In this document: positions 27,637 to 42,200 of the stretch, piece by piece
Position numbering within the stretch: position 1 is the stretch's first letter
How the letters are laid out: the number at the start of each line of letters is the position of its first letter
Assembly (NCBI RefSeq): GCF_009914755.1
Contig: NC_060925.1
From: the human T2T-CHM13v2.0 reference genome, Homo sapiens
Reading direction: 5' to 3' (one strand)
Length of the DNA: 64,000 nt
The notes under the pieces: generated by a model
What the model saw: the letters and a program-made list of their open reading frames with translations, nothing else
Told to the model about the DNA's origin: nothing
The model's database searches: none
Made by a program: the position numbers and the translations under genes

Positions 27637-27938
27637 CAGCATAGTGCCTATAGCTAACAATGTCATATTGTATACTTGAAATTTGCTAAGAGAGTAGATC
27701 TTATGTTAAGTGCTCTTACAACTCACAAAAAAATAAGGATAATAATAATACAGGGGGTGAGAGGAAATGTTGGAAGGTGATGGATATGTTTATGGTCTTC
27801 ATAGTGGTGATGGTTTCACAGACATACACTCATCCCCGAACATATTGAGTTGCATACATTAAATGTGTATAGCTTTTTACATGTCGAGCATACCTCAATA
27901 AAGTGGTTTAAAAAATAAAATAAGATAAAAATAAAAAA
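27637..27938 (+). mobile_element. L1MA/MB 3' end with A tail
   Basis: tattgtatacttgaaatttgctaagagagtagatctta...tacctcaataaag. Confidence 0.85.
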
Positions 27939-29859
27939 CTACCATCTACCATTTGTGTCACTTCATAAAAGAAAGGATATTTTTAATACCTAAAGTAGAA
28001 GAATACATTTGGCTTTATAGAAAAGCTTGCTAAGTTGTATTTATTTTTCTCATTTTTCTGAAAGAGTTATTGAAAACAAGCTCTCATTTAGGAACCACCG
28101 TGCCTAGCCACTAGGCTACCTAATTAGTAGAACACAAAGAATATGTACTAAACTCAATTAGACGAAATACTTCGAGCCCCTTTAAAAAATATTAGATTAC
28201 AAAGTCAAGGCCTTATTAACTTTATCTCAGTTGTGCACAACAGATCCCTCCAAAAGGACACGTTGTTTTTACAACAGTGTAGCACGGTGAGATGGTCTCT
28301 CCTCTCCAGGAACAGAAGTTTTGAAACCCATCATACATCCAGCAAAAATTCCAGTACCTTGGAGCAAAGAATTGTGTTCCAGAGATCCAAAGACCAATCG
28401 TTCGGTAACCATGCACCAGCCAGGTTAGCTTATATTTTGTTTCCCTGAGAACTAGAAAGTATGTAAAGGCCTTGGATGGCGATTCCATGGCAACGTATTT
28501 AAATCTAGATTTCATTGAAACCCAGCCTTCATGGGTACTGAAAGAAATGTGAAGTCTTGCTGACATTCATTTCGTGGTTTCCATCAAGGTCCAGTGGAAC
28601 AAATGCCATAATTAGGCCTCAGAAGAGAGGCCAGAGATTGACTGTGAGGTCCCTCCAGTCATGCCTCCAGGCCTTACTAGACTGGGACGCTCACACTGTC
28701 GCTCTCTGCTTTGTAGCTGTTTGTGCAAGAACAAAAGGACTTCAGTCTCCCTTGCTATTAATCCAACTTCACAAGCATGAAATTTACAGACACACACAAG
28801 AATTCATCATTGAAACCTTTTCCCCTTGTCATGTTCAGCTGCTGAAAAGTGGGCACACTCTTGGAAATGAATGTTAATAAAAAAAGAGAAAAAAAAAGAA
28901 TGGGCAAGCTTTCTGAATCAGCTCCAGACACCGTCTACCCCCGCCTAAACTACAGGTCGACATCTTGGGATGTCGTTTCGCAGGATGACCTTTTGGGGAA
29001 ATATTTGAGTCTTTCCACAGCATCTAGTTTGGGAATATTTTGTTAAATTTTATTATCACTCTGAAAGTCAACTACTTTCCCTTAATAAATAAAATACATC
29101 CATAATGTAAGACCAATAATTCAATCTGTAAAGTAAATTAAAAAAAAAAAAGAATAGCTTTAAAGAGTCATAAAATGAATACTATTTGATTAGATCCAAA
29201 CCAGTGGTATCAACTGGTTTTGCTCATTTAACCTGTCTCCTCATCATCATACACCCATCATTTAGCTGCAGGGTGGATGTGTTCACACTGAACTATTAAT
29301 CTGTTTCAAAATGCCATAACATTTCCATGAAGAACTTCCTAATTTTTTTTCAGAAATTAAATGTCTGTTTAAAGTTCATTCCCTCCTGCTGTAACTAATT
29401 GAAATGAGATTTGGTTTATCTTTATGACATGGAAATGGGATTGAGTTTCATAATAATAACAATAATGATAACTCGATAGATTTTAGGAGTAGTAGTTAAT
29501 AATTACAGTAATATGGGGGATATTAGACTGGTCTATTGCCACCTAAACAGGCCCCCATTATTTGTGGAGAAGTGTGAATGGATGTTGCATGATTTAACCA
29601 CCCCGTTCCTGATTTTGTATTTGTTTTCAGCATACACTGAATTTTAGAGCAGCACCGTAATTAAGAGGGGCCTCAAACAAATATTTCCTTTACAAATCAA
29701 AGAAAGCATTAGCACAGCCCTGAGATATATGTTGAACTATATTGCACTTATAATAGAAAAGACCTGATCTGGGGAAAATACAAAGAGGAGACCCTTTCTT
29801 AGGATCTTTTTCCATCAGTATACCCAAGAGTAAGTAAACTGTAGCACTTCAGAAGTTAC

Positions 29860-30070
29860 AATAAAATTTCCCACATATCATTTCATTTGACCCTCACATC
29901 AGCCTTTTGAGAGTGAAGAGTATTATTATTCCCATTTTACAGATAAAGTCATTGAGGTCTACAGAGGTGAAAGACTTGTGCTAGGTCACAGAGTTAGGAA
30001 GTGTCAGACTTAACACTGAAAGCCAGATCTGTCTCCAATTTCAAATTCTTTTCCTTTATCACCCTACCAG
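29860..30070 (-). mobile_element. MIR SINE
   Basis: attattattcccattttacagat...aggtcacagagttagg. Confidence 0.8.
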
Positions 30071-30339
30071 GGATTGTGTATATTGGGCTGAGAAGTCAAG
30101 AAAGAAAATATCTTTTTATCTTTCCCTTAAACACCAACCCAAGTCAGCCTGCTAGCACCACCATGAGGCTTACCTTACCCAGAAGATAAAACAATGACAC
30201 CAACTTTCAATTGGTTTAAGGTTAGGAACTAATTGATTATTACTACTGTCATCATGTATATGGTTAACTGCCATCATTTATTGAGCACCTACTCAATGCA
30301 ATGTGCTGTGAATCATATTTTGTCTTTATGGTGCAGATA

Positions 30340-30760
30340 ATTTACATGGCTTCAGGCCCTGTGTGATTTAACCTCTACTTACCTCTCCAGACAACATCTA
30401 CCTCATCCTCTTTGTCACATCATTAAAGGCCCCAAACTCTCCTTTGCTCAAATTGTTTCTTCTACCTGGAACACTCTTTGTCATCCTAGCTCACCCCACC
30501 TTACCTGCTATTTTTCAGGCCTCAGCTTAAATGACATTTCTCAGGTGCCACGATTTGGTTAGACATCCCTTATGATCTGCTCTCATAGCACTCTAAGCTC
30601 TCCCTCTCCAAGCATCCACTGTACCTTATGAGAGTTTCCTGTTTAAAGTCTGTCTTTCTGCTAGATTGGAAAGCACCATGAGAGCAGTGATTGCATCTGT
30701 CTTATTGATCAATATTTCCCAAAGTATAAATAAGAACATCACCATAATACAACAAATATG
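30340..30760 (+). mobile_element. L2 fragment
   Basis: ctcagcttaaatgac...ctagattggaaagcaccatgagagcag. Confidence 0.7.
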
Positions 30761-30811
30761 TGAGGCTCAGAAAACTTAAGCAATGTAGGTGGCTTAAAAG
30801 TAAGGATTCCA

Positions 30812-31482
30812 GGCCAAGCTGGGATCACACCTGTAATCCCAGCACTTTGGGATGCTGAGGCTGGCGAATCACTTGAGTCCAGGAGTTCAAGAGCAGCCTG
30901 GGCAATATGGTGAAACCCTGTCTCTACTAAAAATACAAAAATTAGCTGGGCACATGATATGGTTTGTCTCTGTGTCCCCACCCAAATCTCACCTTGAGTT
31001 GTAATAATCCCCACGTGTCAAGGGTGGGACAAGGTGGAGATAATTGAATCATGGGAGTGGTATCCCCCATGCTGTTTTTGTGATAGTGAGTGAGTTCTCA
31101 CAAAATCTAATGGTTTTATAAGGGACTTCCCCCTTTGCTCAGCACTCATTCTCTCTCCTGCCACCCTGTGAAGAGGTGCCTTCTCCCATGATTGTAAGTT
31201 TCCTGAGGCCTCCCCAGCCATGCAGAACTGTGAGTCAATTAAACCTCTTTTCTTTATAATACCCAGTATCAGGTATTTCTTCATAGCAACATGAGAACAA
31301 ACTAATACAGTGTGGTAGCACATGCCTGTGGTTCCAGCTCCTCAGGAGGCTGAGGTGGGAGAATCACCTGAGCCTAGGAAGTCAAGGCTGCAGTGAGCCA
31401 TGATTGTGCCACTGCACTCCAGCCTGGGTGATGAGAATGAGGCCCTGTCTCAAAAAAAAAAAAAAAAAAAAAAAGAAGAAGA
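30812..31482 (+). mobile_element. AluJ split by THE1 LTR
   Basis: Left monomer 30812-30954, right monomer 31310-31473; TSD aagtaa(g/a)gattcc. Confidence 0.92.
30955..31309 (+). mobile_element. THE1 (THE1C-like) MaLR solo LTR
   Basis: tgatatggtttg..tgtgtccccacccaaatctca...gtgagtcaattaaacctc...actaataca. Confidence 0.95.
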
Positions 31483-31536
31483 AGTAAAGATTCCTTCATT
31501 CAAATGCATCTGAATGGAGCTTAAAGTAAAAATGAG

Positions 31537-32131
<595 letters not shown>

Positions 32132-32159
32132 AAAAATGAGATCCTTTAAGAAGCATACC

Positions 32160-32465
32160 ATGATCTCCCTATTTAAGACTGCAAACCATGCTCTGTAGAC
32201 CTCCCAAACTCCTTTACTCAGCTTTATGCTTTATTTTTTCCACAAAACATATCACCTTCTAACATACTATTAGTTTATGTATGACTTCTACATGCATATA
32301 ATTTTAGTTAAAATTTATTTATTATGACTATTATTTATTATTTGCTCTTCTCACTAGGATGTCAGCATCATCACTAGAGTAGGTATTTTTGTCGTTATCA
32401 ATCACTCACCATGAACAATGCTCGCCATATGCCAGGTGCTTGATAAATATTAGTTGAACTGAATG
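32160..32465 (+). mobile_element. L2 3' fragment
   Basis: atcaccttctaacatactat...gtgcttgataaatattagttgaa. Confidence 0.7.
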
Positions 32466-33254
32466 GAGGGAATTCTTAGTGTCTAGATTTTCCTTAACAC
32501 ATATTAAACAAAATATATTTGTTTTAGATACCAAAGATGACAAGTTCATTCGTTGTTTGAGATGGGATGTTGTGTAATCCAAATTTTCTTCTGGGCTTCC
32601 CTACTTGTCAGCTAGTAAGACTTCCTCCCACCCTTAGGCTGGTTTCTCAATTATTAATATAAAAAGGGTCATGGTCCTTGTCCCTCCATCAGCAGCAAGG
32701 AGTCAAGAATTTGTCCTAGTCCTGAAGGAGACCAGCCCTTTTATAATTTTCTAATGGGAAAAAGAAATAGAAGCGGCTTATTCATCTCAGAAATTCTGCA
32801 AAAAGGACTGGAAACCTGGGGATTCAACTGGCTCGATTTGCAAAAATGTGCAGAGGTGATATTTATTAAGCACTTGACACTCCAGAGAGAACACTGCTGT
32901 ACAAATATGTCATGCCGCTTTGAACACAAGCAAAGCAGGAATCAGATTCTATCTCCTTGCTGTATCCCAAGCCAAGGTGACTGTTGTAGCTTCATCTCAA
33001 TGTATTTATATCTCATCACCAACACTGATCACCAAGGGAGCCAGCCCTAAGCTGAGCTGTAAAGATTGTATAGGGAGTATTGCTCAGACGCACTGTACAC
33101 CATGCCTGACTTATACCAATGAGTTTCAAGGCTCATGCTTTCCAGATGAGCATCATACTCTGTGATGAATAGTAAGAACAAGAATTCAGATTGCAATGAA
33201 GACAAAAAAAAAAAAAAAGTAAAGAAATGCTAAAATTATTGAATGAGACTCTCA

Positions 33255-33780
33255 TGTGGGAAGCTGTCCTCTCTTCTCCATCTCCAATGCAAAGGCCACA
33301 ATTCATTCTTATCATCTCTTACCTGAATTACTATAGCAGCCTCATCGCTGTGCTCTCTACCTATAATTGATCCTGTATATTGCAGACATAAGAACCTTTC
33401 TAAAATGCCTACCTGAACTCATGGCCCTCTTCAGTGGCTTCCCAGCTATCCCAGGAAAACTCCACAGCATGACCCATAAGTTTCTCCATGACCTGACCCC
33501 TGCCCATCTCTCCAGGCTCATCACCTTCCACTCCTCCACACACACCCTATGCTCTAGCTATACTGAAGTAGTTGCCCTAATGTACTCAGTACTTTCATGT
33601 TTCTCCGACTTTGCATGTGCTGTTCCCTCTGCCTAAATATTTTTCCTGTACTTTTGCCTACTCAACTCATTCATCATTTGAGATGTGTCTCCACTAGATA
33701 GTTTCCCTTGATATAATCCTATCCTAGTCTGAATTAGACAAATCTTTCACGCCACAAATATTATTGCATACTTACTAGAG
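33255..33780 (+). mobile_element. L2 fragment
   Basis: ccttcagtggcttccc-like motif...tttgcatgtgctgttccctctgcct. Confidence 0.75.
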
Positions 33781-33789
33781 AAATAACAA

Positions 33790-34978
33790 TGTGGCAGTTC
33801 TTTAAAAATAATGGCTATAGATTCATTGCCAATCCTCCCATTGAGAGGCAGGGTCCATGTCTCTGAAATCTGTGTAGGCTTGAGGCATGGACATGATGCT
33901 ATGTGACTTCCATGGTGAGATCTTAAAAGGTCCTGCTGCTTCCACCTAATTTCTTGACATATTCACTTTGGGATGATCCATTTAGGGACACTTTCTCTCA
34001 GAACCAACTTCCATGCTATGAGAAGCCCAAGTCACATGGAGAGGCCACACGTAGGGGCCTCTGGTCTTCAGTCCCAGTGAGCCTACCCTCTGAGTCCTCT
34101 CTGACCAGGGGCCAGAAAATTGAGTGAATATGCTCACAAACTATTCCAGCCGTCAGTCATTCAATTTTTTCCATCCGGGACCCCCAAGACATCATCTGAA
34201 GCAGGGATAAGACATTTCTTCTAGTGTAGCAAAATTCTAAGATTGTCCCCAGAATTTACCCCCCATTCATATCCTGTGTAATTCCTTCTCTTTTGAGTGG
34301 GGGGTGGGAGGATGATAACTATGATAAGATATCACTCCCATGCTTAGGTTATGCTGTATGGCAAGGTGAAGGGATTTTGCAAATATCATTAAGGCTCAAA
34401 TCAGATGGTTTGGGTTGACAAATAGGAAGATTATTTTGGGTGGGCCTGGCTTAATCAGGTGAAAGTCCTTAAAAGAGGTACTGGCCCTTCCTGAGGAGAG
34501 AGATTCTTTTGCCAGCCATGGAGGCTGCCATGTTGTGCAAGGGCCACATGGCAATGAACTACTGGCAATCTCTGGAAGCTGAGAGGGGCCCCTGCTTACA
34601 GCTGGCAAGAAATTACGGACCTCAGTCCTACAACCTAAAGGGCCTGAATTCCGCCAACAACGATGTGAGCTTGAAAAAGGTCCTCAGCTCCAGCAAGAAA
34701 TGCAGCTTGGCTAACACCCTGATTGCAACATTGTGAGACCCTGAGCAGAGAAGTCAGTTAAACTGTGCCCAGACCCTTGACCAACTGAGATATTAGATAT
34801 ATGATATTTTACACTGCTAAATGTGTGGCAATTTATTACATAGCAATAGAAAAGTGATATACCTATTGGGCCCTGTCTGAATTCCTAATCCACAAAATCT
34901 GTGTGCATAATGAAATAGTTATTTTATGCCACAAAATTTAGGGTTGTTTATGTGGCAACTCAATAGATAACTGAAATA
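33790..34978 (+). mobile_element. MLT1H-like LTR interrupted by an MLT1E-like LTR (34225-34862)
   Basis: Outer: gagaagcccaagtcacatggagaggccacac...agataactgaaata; inner: tgtagcaaaattctaagat...tagcaatagaaaagtgatataca. Confidence 0.8.
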
Positions 34979-36079
34979 AGCAGTTATTGAAAAAGACAAA
35001 AGTCCCGTCCTCATTGCATTATTACCCCTTGTGAGGGGGAGAAAGACAATAAAATAATAAGTAAAATATGGAGCATGTAAAATAGGGACAAGTGCTAGGA
35101 GATGAATGAAGCAGAAAAGAGGGGTGATGATTTCTGGGGGTGGTTTCACTTTTCGACTGAAATGTTCAGTCTAGATATTCAAAATACTTAACTACAGGTG
35201 GCAAAGAACCCCAACCAGGCAGAACAGATGCTGACCATGGTACTAAAACAGGCCCCAGAGGTCCCCCACTATGCTAGGCATTCATTGCTTAGTGTGAGGA
35301 TCATGTATTTATATGTATGTCCCTCAATGCAATAGGAATAAAAAGTCCTGGTATGTAGCATCACACTTCATTCATTAATTAATTTAACTATGGGCTAATC
35401 CAATGTTAATTGAATGCCTGTTGCATTAGGCCAGGCAGAGATGTGGAACTCCATGAGCACATCCTACTGAGCTCTAAGGTTTTATTGTGCAGCTGAGGAA
35501 GTGATACATACATGAAGAGTACTAACCTGCAGCAGTGCTAAGTTTCATGTATACTATTCTATTTCTCTGTCTCACCTACTATACAGTGGCTCCAGGAATA
35601 GGAAAGAGAGAGAAGCTGAGATATCAGAAATGCTTCTGGAGGTGTTGGAAATGGAGCTGAATCTTGAAGGATGGATATTTCCATTGGGGACCTTATTCGT
35701 CTTTGATTGCCCCCTAGTGCCCAGCACAGGGAATGTAAATGTGAGGAATGTGTGCCACTACTAGCCCCAGCAGCAGACACAACTAACTGATGATGGCTCT
35801 GTTGCCAGCTTAGCCCAGACTCAGCCTGAGAGTCCTTCTCAATACATGTAGCCACTACTAAAGGATCAGAGATGACACAGGAAATAAAACCTGAAAGTCG
35901 TTTCTGGGAGCTCCCTGCCTTGGGTGGGGTAGTTGCTAGTATTAATCAACAGTACACCTGGGGGGAAAAAATCTCTAGAAGCAAAAGCTACTCTGGTGAG
36001 AAAGAGGATAGTCTAGGAGGAAAGTTTTGTACCGTGTGGAAGCTCAGGTTTATCCCTTCACCCATAAGCCTCCTTCATT

Positions 36080-36335
36080 CACAGAAAGGCAGTCTTGGTT
36101 TGTGGTTTGAAGTCAGACTGAATGAGGTCCAAATCCTGATTTTTTTTCGTTTATAATACATATGATCTGAAGTAAGTTAATTCATCTTTTTAAATCTCAG
36201 TTTTCTCATTTATAAAATGGGAATAATAATACCTATCTTGTATGGTTGTCCTAAGAATGTTTAAATCAAATAATGTATAACATATATAAATGTTTTTCTA
36301 CAAATTTAGGCATACAATAAATGGCATAATATTTT
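36080..36335 (+). mobile_element. MIR SINE
   Basis: ctcagttttctcatttataaaatgggaataataatacct. Confidence 0.8.
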
Positions 36336-36426
36336 ATTAAAATAAATCCAGCTTCAGGCTGGAAAGAAATTCAACTTTGTCATTATAGGGACTCCACTTC
36401 ACACCCCCATCTCCATAAGGGCACAG

Positions 36427-36497
36427 AATCGCAGTAACTTGCCCTTCACAAGGACGAACCCCACAATCACAGTAACTTTCCCTTCACAAGGACAAGC
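36427..36497 (+). repeat. two-copy tandem duplication, period 38 bp
   Basis: aatc(g/a)cagtaactt(g/t)cccttcacaaggac at 36427 and 36465. Confidence 0.9.
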
Positions 36498-36752
36498 AGA
36501 GAACTTTTCTTCTGTCACTTTTCAGCCCTATCTCACAGCTTGAGGACAGCGAAAGCCCAATAGCCACCAACTTAGAAGCAGGACCAGAAAAAATACAGTG
36601 GAAATTAAAACTAAACTAATATCTCAACGAACTGTCTTGCTACACTAAAAAGCCTCTAACATACTCCTTGACACATGGCATATGCCAATTATTTTTTCAG
36701 TTATTAAAATATACTTACAAGTCTCTATCATTTGCCAGGCACTATTTTTGAA

Positions 36753-36979
36753 CAGAGGGTTTCTCAACATCAGAACTGTTGACATTTTGAACTCCATTCT
36801 TTATTGCTGGGGATGGGGAGGGATCCTGTCCTGTGGACTGTCAGATGTTTAGCAGCATCCTCGGCCTCTACCTACTAACGGCCAGTAGCAAGTCCCACCC
36901 CAGTCTTAGCAACCAAAAATGTCTCCAGACCTTACCAAATGTTGCCTAGGGAAAAACTGCCCCTGGTTTAGAACCCCTG
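36753..36979. mobile_element. MER20 hAT-Charlie element inside an L2 (-)
   Basis: tttctcaac...gatgtttagcagcatcc...aaccaaaaatgtctccagac...gaacccctg. Confidence 0.9.
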
Positions 36980-38129
36980 AATGAAATAAATGAAAGAAAA
37001 TTCCTACCTTTATGGACTTTACATTCTAGTGGGGGAGATAGACTATAAATAAATGTAACAATTTCAGTATGGAGGGATGGAGGGGACTGATAGTTCCTTT
37101 CCCCTCTGCTTCTCTGGGTAAATAAGAGCCAAGAACCATTCTGAAGACAGAAGCACAGGCATCAGTCCCTGATGAGAAGGAATTTCACTGGTAAGCAAAA
37201 ATCAGACAAATGGAAATTGAATTATCTGAAATAACATTAGAAAGAAAAAGGATAATCATTTACATAACCATATTGAAGTATCAGTATTCTTCTCTTTTGG
37301 ACATATTTCTGTGCATGAAAAGATAACCTCAGGATATCCACACACTAAAGGGATAAATTTCTCCTCCCTTCTCTCCAGCTTTGGGCTATTATTTTGAACA
37401 CTTAGGGAAGAATTTAAAGAGTGCCCCCATTCAATGAAGCTTTACATTATGAAATAAGGCAGGAGCACATAAGAATAAAGAGTTATTTGGAAAATCGCTG
37501 AAATTATTTTTATCACAATGTCACTTAAATGCAATAAAATTTAGTTTTAAACAACTAGATTTAAAAATCCCTTTATGTACATAGCTTTTGTACAATTTAT
37601 AAAACCAGAGCAAATTTATAAATTAAATATAAGCAAACCACATAGCTAATGAAGTTCAAGTTATATAGTGGCAGTAGTTTTGCTAAAACTAGCTTGCCAT
37701 TTGAAACATGTCCAGGTTTTGTGTAGCATACCAGTAGCCCTCAATGCTATGAGATGACTCGGCTCTCCCACCTGTTTTTCTCTTAGAATTGCAATGAAAC
37801 CTTTGCCCTTAGATGTGCGGTAATATAATTTGACCTTCCTATAGTGTCAACACATCATTTTCTTATTAGGTCTGCTTCTTCCATTCCTTCCTCATTAGCC
37901 CACTAAAGTCATCTAATTTAAACACAAATGCCTTCACAGAGAGGTACCACAGAGCAATATTAGGTTATAAGGTGGTAATTTGAGTGTTCAGAATATGCTT
38001 CTACTGCCGTTTTTCTCTTCCTTTGTAGGATTATCATTAAAATGGAAGCCCTAAATTTAAAAGCTCTTCTAGAAAACTCTAGGACCCCTATTAATACATC
38101 CATGAAACCCTAGACCCTAATTTGAAAGG

Positions 38130-38870
38130 TACTGGTATAATGGCTAAAGGCATCAGAATCAGAATATCTATGACTCAAAATTCTGGCTCCATCACTTATA
38201 AGCCATGTGATTTTGAGTGATAAATATACAATATCTCCTATGATTGCTGCATAAAACACTTTAAACAGTGCCCAGCACTTACCACATGCTCAATAAGTGT
38301 TAGCTATTTTGACTAGTGGCTATTACTAAGGAACCACGTGTCACCCCAGATTGGCTCCCACTGAAATTTACAACTGAACAAAACAGTCCTGGAGCAAAAC
38401 TGTGAAGTTGTTTGTCTCTGCTTCCCTTCCCCTGCCTTCTCAATGCCCCTCTCACCCCTTAGATTTCTAAACATACCACCACCTGAGACACCAGTCTAAC
38501 TCCCAGTTAACCATCAGCTCATCCTTCTGCCTCTCTTCATCCCACCTCTATTTCCTTCCAAAATAGGGTAGAATGGTTATTGGTAGACTTTCAAAAATCA
38601 TTTATTGAGCAACTACTATGTGCTAGGCACTTTGAATACTAACTTTATTTAATCCTCTCAATAAGTCAGCAAAGTAGGCATTGCTGATCCTCAACTGCAG
38701 AAACCACTGCATCTCTAATGTCAGGCACAATCTCTTGGAAACAAGAAAATCTCAATCAGTGTTCATTGAATGAAAGAATGTCACCTTGCCTGAGGTAATA
38801 GAGCTAGTAACTAGAAAAGATGGGCTTCAACCCCAAAATGGATTCCATGGTTTTTAATGCTCTTTCCTCT
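38130..38870. mobile_element. MIR (+) 38130-38320 and MIR (-) 38595-38870
   Basis: ctggctccatcactta; catttattgagcaactactatgtgctaggcact. Confidence 0.7.
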
Positions 38871-38874
38871 GCAC

Positions 38875-39201
38875 CAGAGGTCAATACACTTTCCGTAAAG
38901 AGCTAGATAGTAAACATGTAGGCTTTGGGTGCCATATGGACTCTGTTACAACTGCTCAACTCTGCTACCTTAGCACAAAGCAGCCACAGACAATACGTAA
39001 ACTAATGAATGTGACTGTGTTCCCATACAACCTTACGTATGAATACTAAAATCTGAATTTCACATGATGTTCACATCATGAAATATTACTCCTTTTGATT
39101 TTTTCCCAACTATTTAAAAGTGTAAAAACCATTCTTACCTCATGAGCTGTACAAACACAGTTGACTGGATTTGCCCTCGGGTCATAGTTTGTCAACCCCA
39201 G
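38875..39201. mobile_element. MER58B-type hAT-Charlie element
   Basis: ctctgttacaactgctcaactctgc...aaagcagccacagacaatacgtaaac...catagtttgtcaacccc. Confidence 0.85.
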
Positions 39202-40169
39202 CTCTATATCAGGTTGCCTTCCAAGCTCCCAACTCTCATAAGTCCTCCCCTTGACCAGGTGGAATGAATGGAACTCGCAGTTAAATGGGATCAAATCTTT
39301 CAACTGTTTCTGGAGCTGTGCCATGCAGGCAATGGGTCACCTCCCAGAAAGCCTTCCCCACATATGGGAACCCGTGAATTCTCCTCAGTGCCCAGTATAC
39401 ACAGTGTCTTTTCTTTAACCAGACCTCTGCAAACCAAATAAGTTCTGGCTTATTGCAGGATTAAATAAGGTGCAAAATAATAAAGTTGGTCTGTTCCAAG
39501 AGGGCAATTATCTAATCTGTTAATGAAAGAGCAGTCACATATCATAGCAAAATTTCATCTGGAATATTCATTACAGGCAAAATTAAGATAAGTGAAACTT
39601 GCTTTATCCCCTTATTAAGTCAGACAAATGACTACATATATTTTCCAGATAAGAGACTGTTTAGAAGAAAGAACCTCTATATTTTACTAATGTAGTTTCC
39701 ATTTTCTTTTGACCAAGGAAATTCAGAACTTGCCTTGCTGTAAATCACAGTAGCTCTAGTTGTTTTTTCGCTCTCCAAATGAGACATTGCCTGACATCTA
39801 ACATGTGGCAACATCTGAGAAAAGTTTCCACAAATTGGTAAAATTCTTTCTACATGAATATGTAATGTAATCATCTTGTTAAATAAGAATAGATAATTTC
39901 CCCCAAAATGAATGCAATAAAGGGGCATAGAAAGAATAAATAATTCTAATACTGTTCTTTAATTCTGCTTGCAATTTTCCAAATTCCAGACTGATGGCAA
40001 CATAGTGGGCCTATTCTACTAGACACTCTTTCAAATGTTCATGCTCGTTAGGGAAATCTACAGGGACAGTAGTTCTAAAAAGCCCCAAAATGCAGTAAAT
40101 TTGCATCATCTTATAGCAAAAGAAAAGGTCATTATTTTGTCATACTTTTCTATATTTGTCTCTATTATC

Positions 40170-40870
40170 TATGCTTGTATTCAACAAACATTTATTGAGC
40201 ACCAACTATGGGGCCAGGCATTGTGCTAGATGCAATAAGGGGTCCTATAAAAATATCATCATTGTCCTTCAGGAATCACAGTTTAATTGGAGAAGAGATG
40301 ATAATAATGATGAGATTGATTATGTTAAGCACATAATTATTGATTATGTGTCTGGCGTTGTGCTAAACGATCTTACATAATCTGATTTAATGTCCCCCAT
40401 CCCAAGAACATATAAGATAGATGTTATTATTATCCCCATTTTACAGAGAAAGAAACTGAGGTTTAGATAGGCTTACTCACTAGCCCATGATTGTATAGTT
40501 GATAAAGAGGTGGATCTGAGATATGAACCCAAGAAGACTGGCTCTAGAACTTGCTGTACTGGAAGTTGTACGTAAGTAACCATAATGCAATGCTGAAAGT
40601 GATAGATGCTCTAGGAGGGGGACAGATAAAATACCACAAAAGTTAAAGAGAGGGAGAGGCAACTTTTGACTAAAACACTCGAGGGAAATTCCACAGAGCT
40701 GAGATAGAGAAAATTTGGAAATGGAGAGATGATTGGAAGGAGATTCCAGGCAGAGGTAACATCATGAGCAATGGCACAAAGGTGGAAAAACATAGGACAC
40801 ATTCAGGAAAAAGCAGGAAGTCCAGTTTGGTGCCAGCTGTCCATTATTGAGTGAAGCAGGAGATTAGGGA
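40170..40870 (-). mobile_element. L2 with nested MIR (~40330-40560)
   Basis: attcaacaaacatttattgagcacc; MIR core ccccattttacagagaaagaaactgagg; attccaggcagagg. Confidence 0.75.
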
Positions 40871-41072
40871 GAAAGACAAGTGAGAGAATACTCACAGGAG
40901 GTCATTAAAAGTGAATATTTATGTGATATTTTAAGTGTACAAGATTCATGAGACAACTATTATTTTCATTTGACAAATGAAAAACCTGAGGTTCAGAGAG
41001 GCAAAGTTACCCACTCAGAATCATGCAGTCAGAAGGTTTCACATCTCATTAATTGATTCAAAGAATACTTGT

Positions 41073-42200
<1,128 letters not shown>

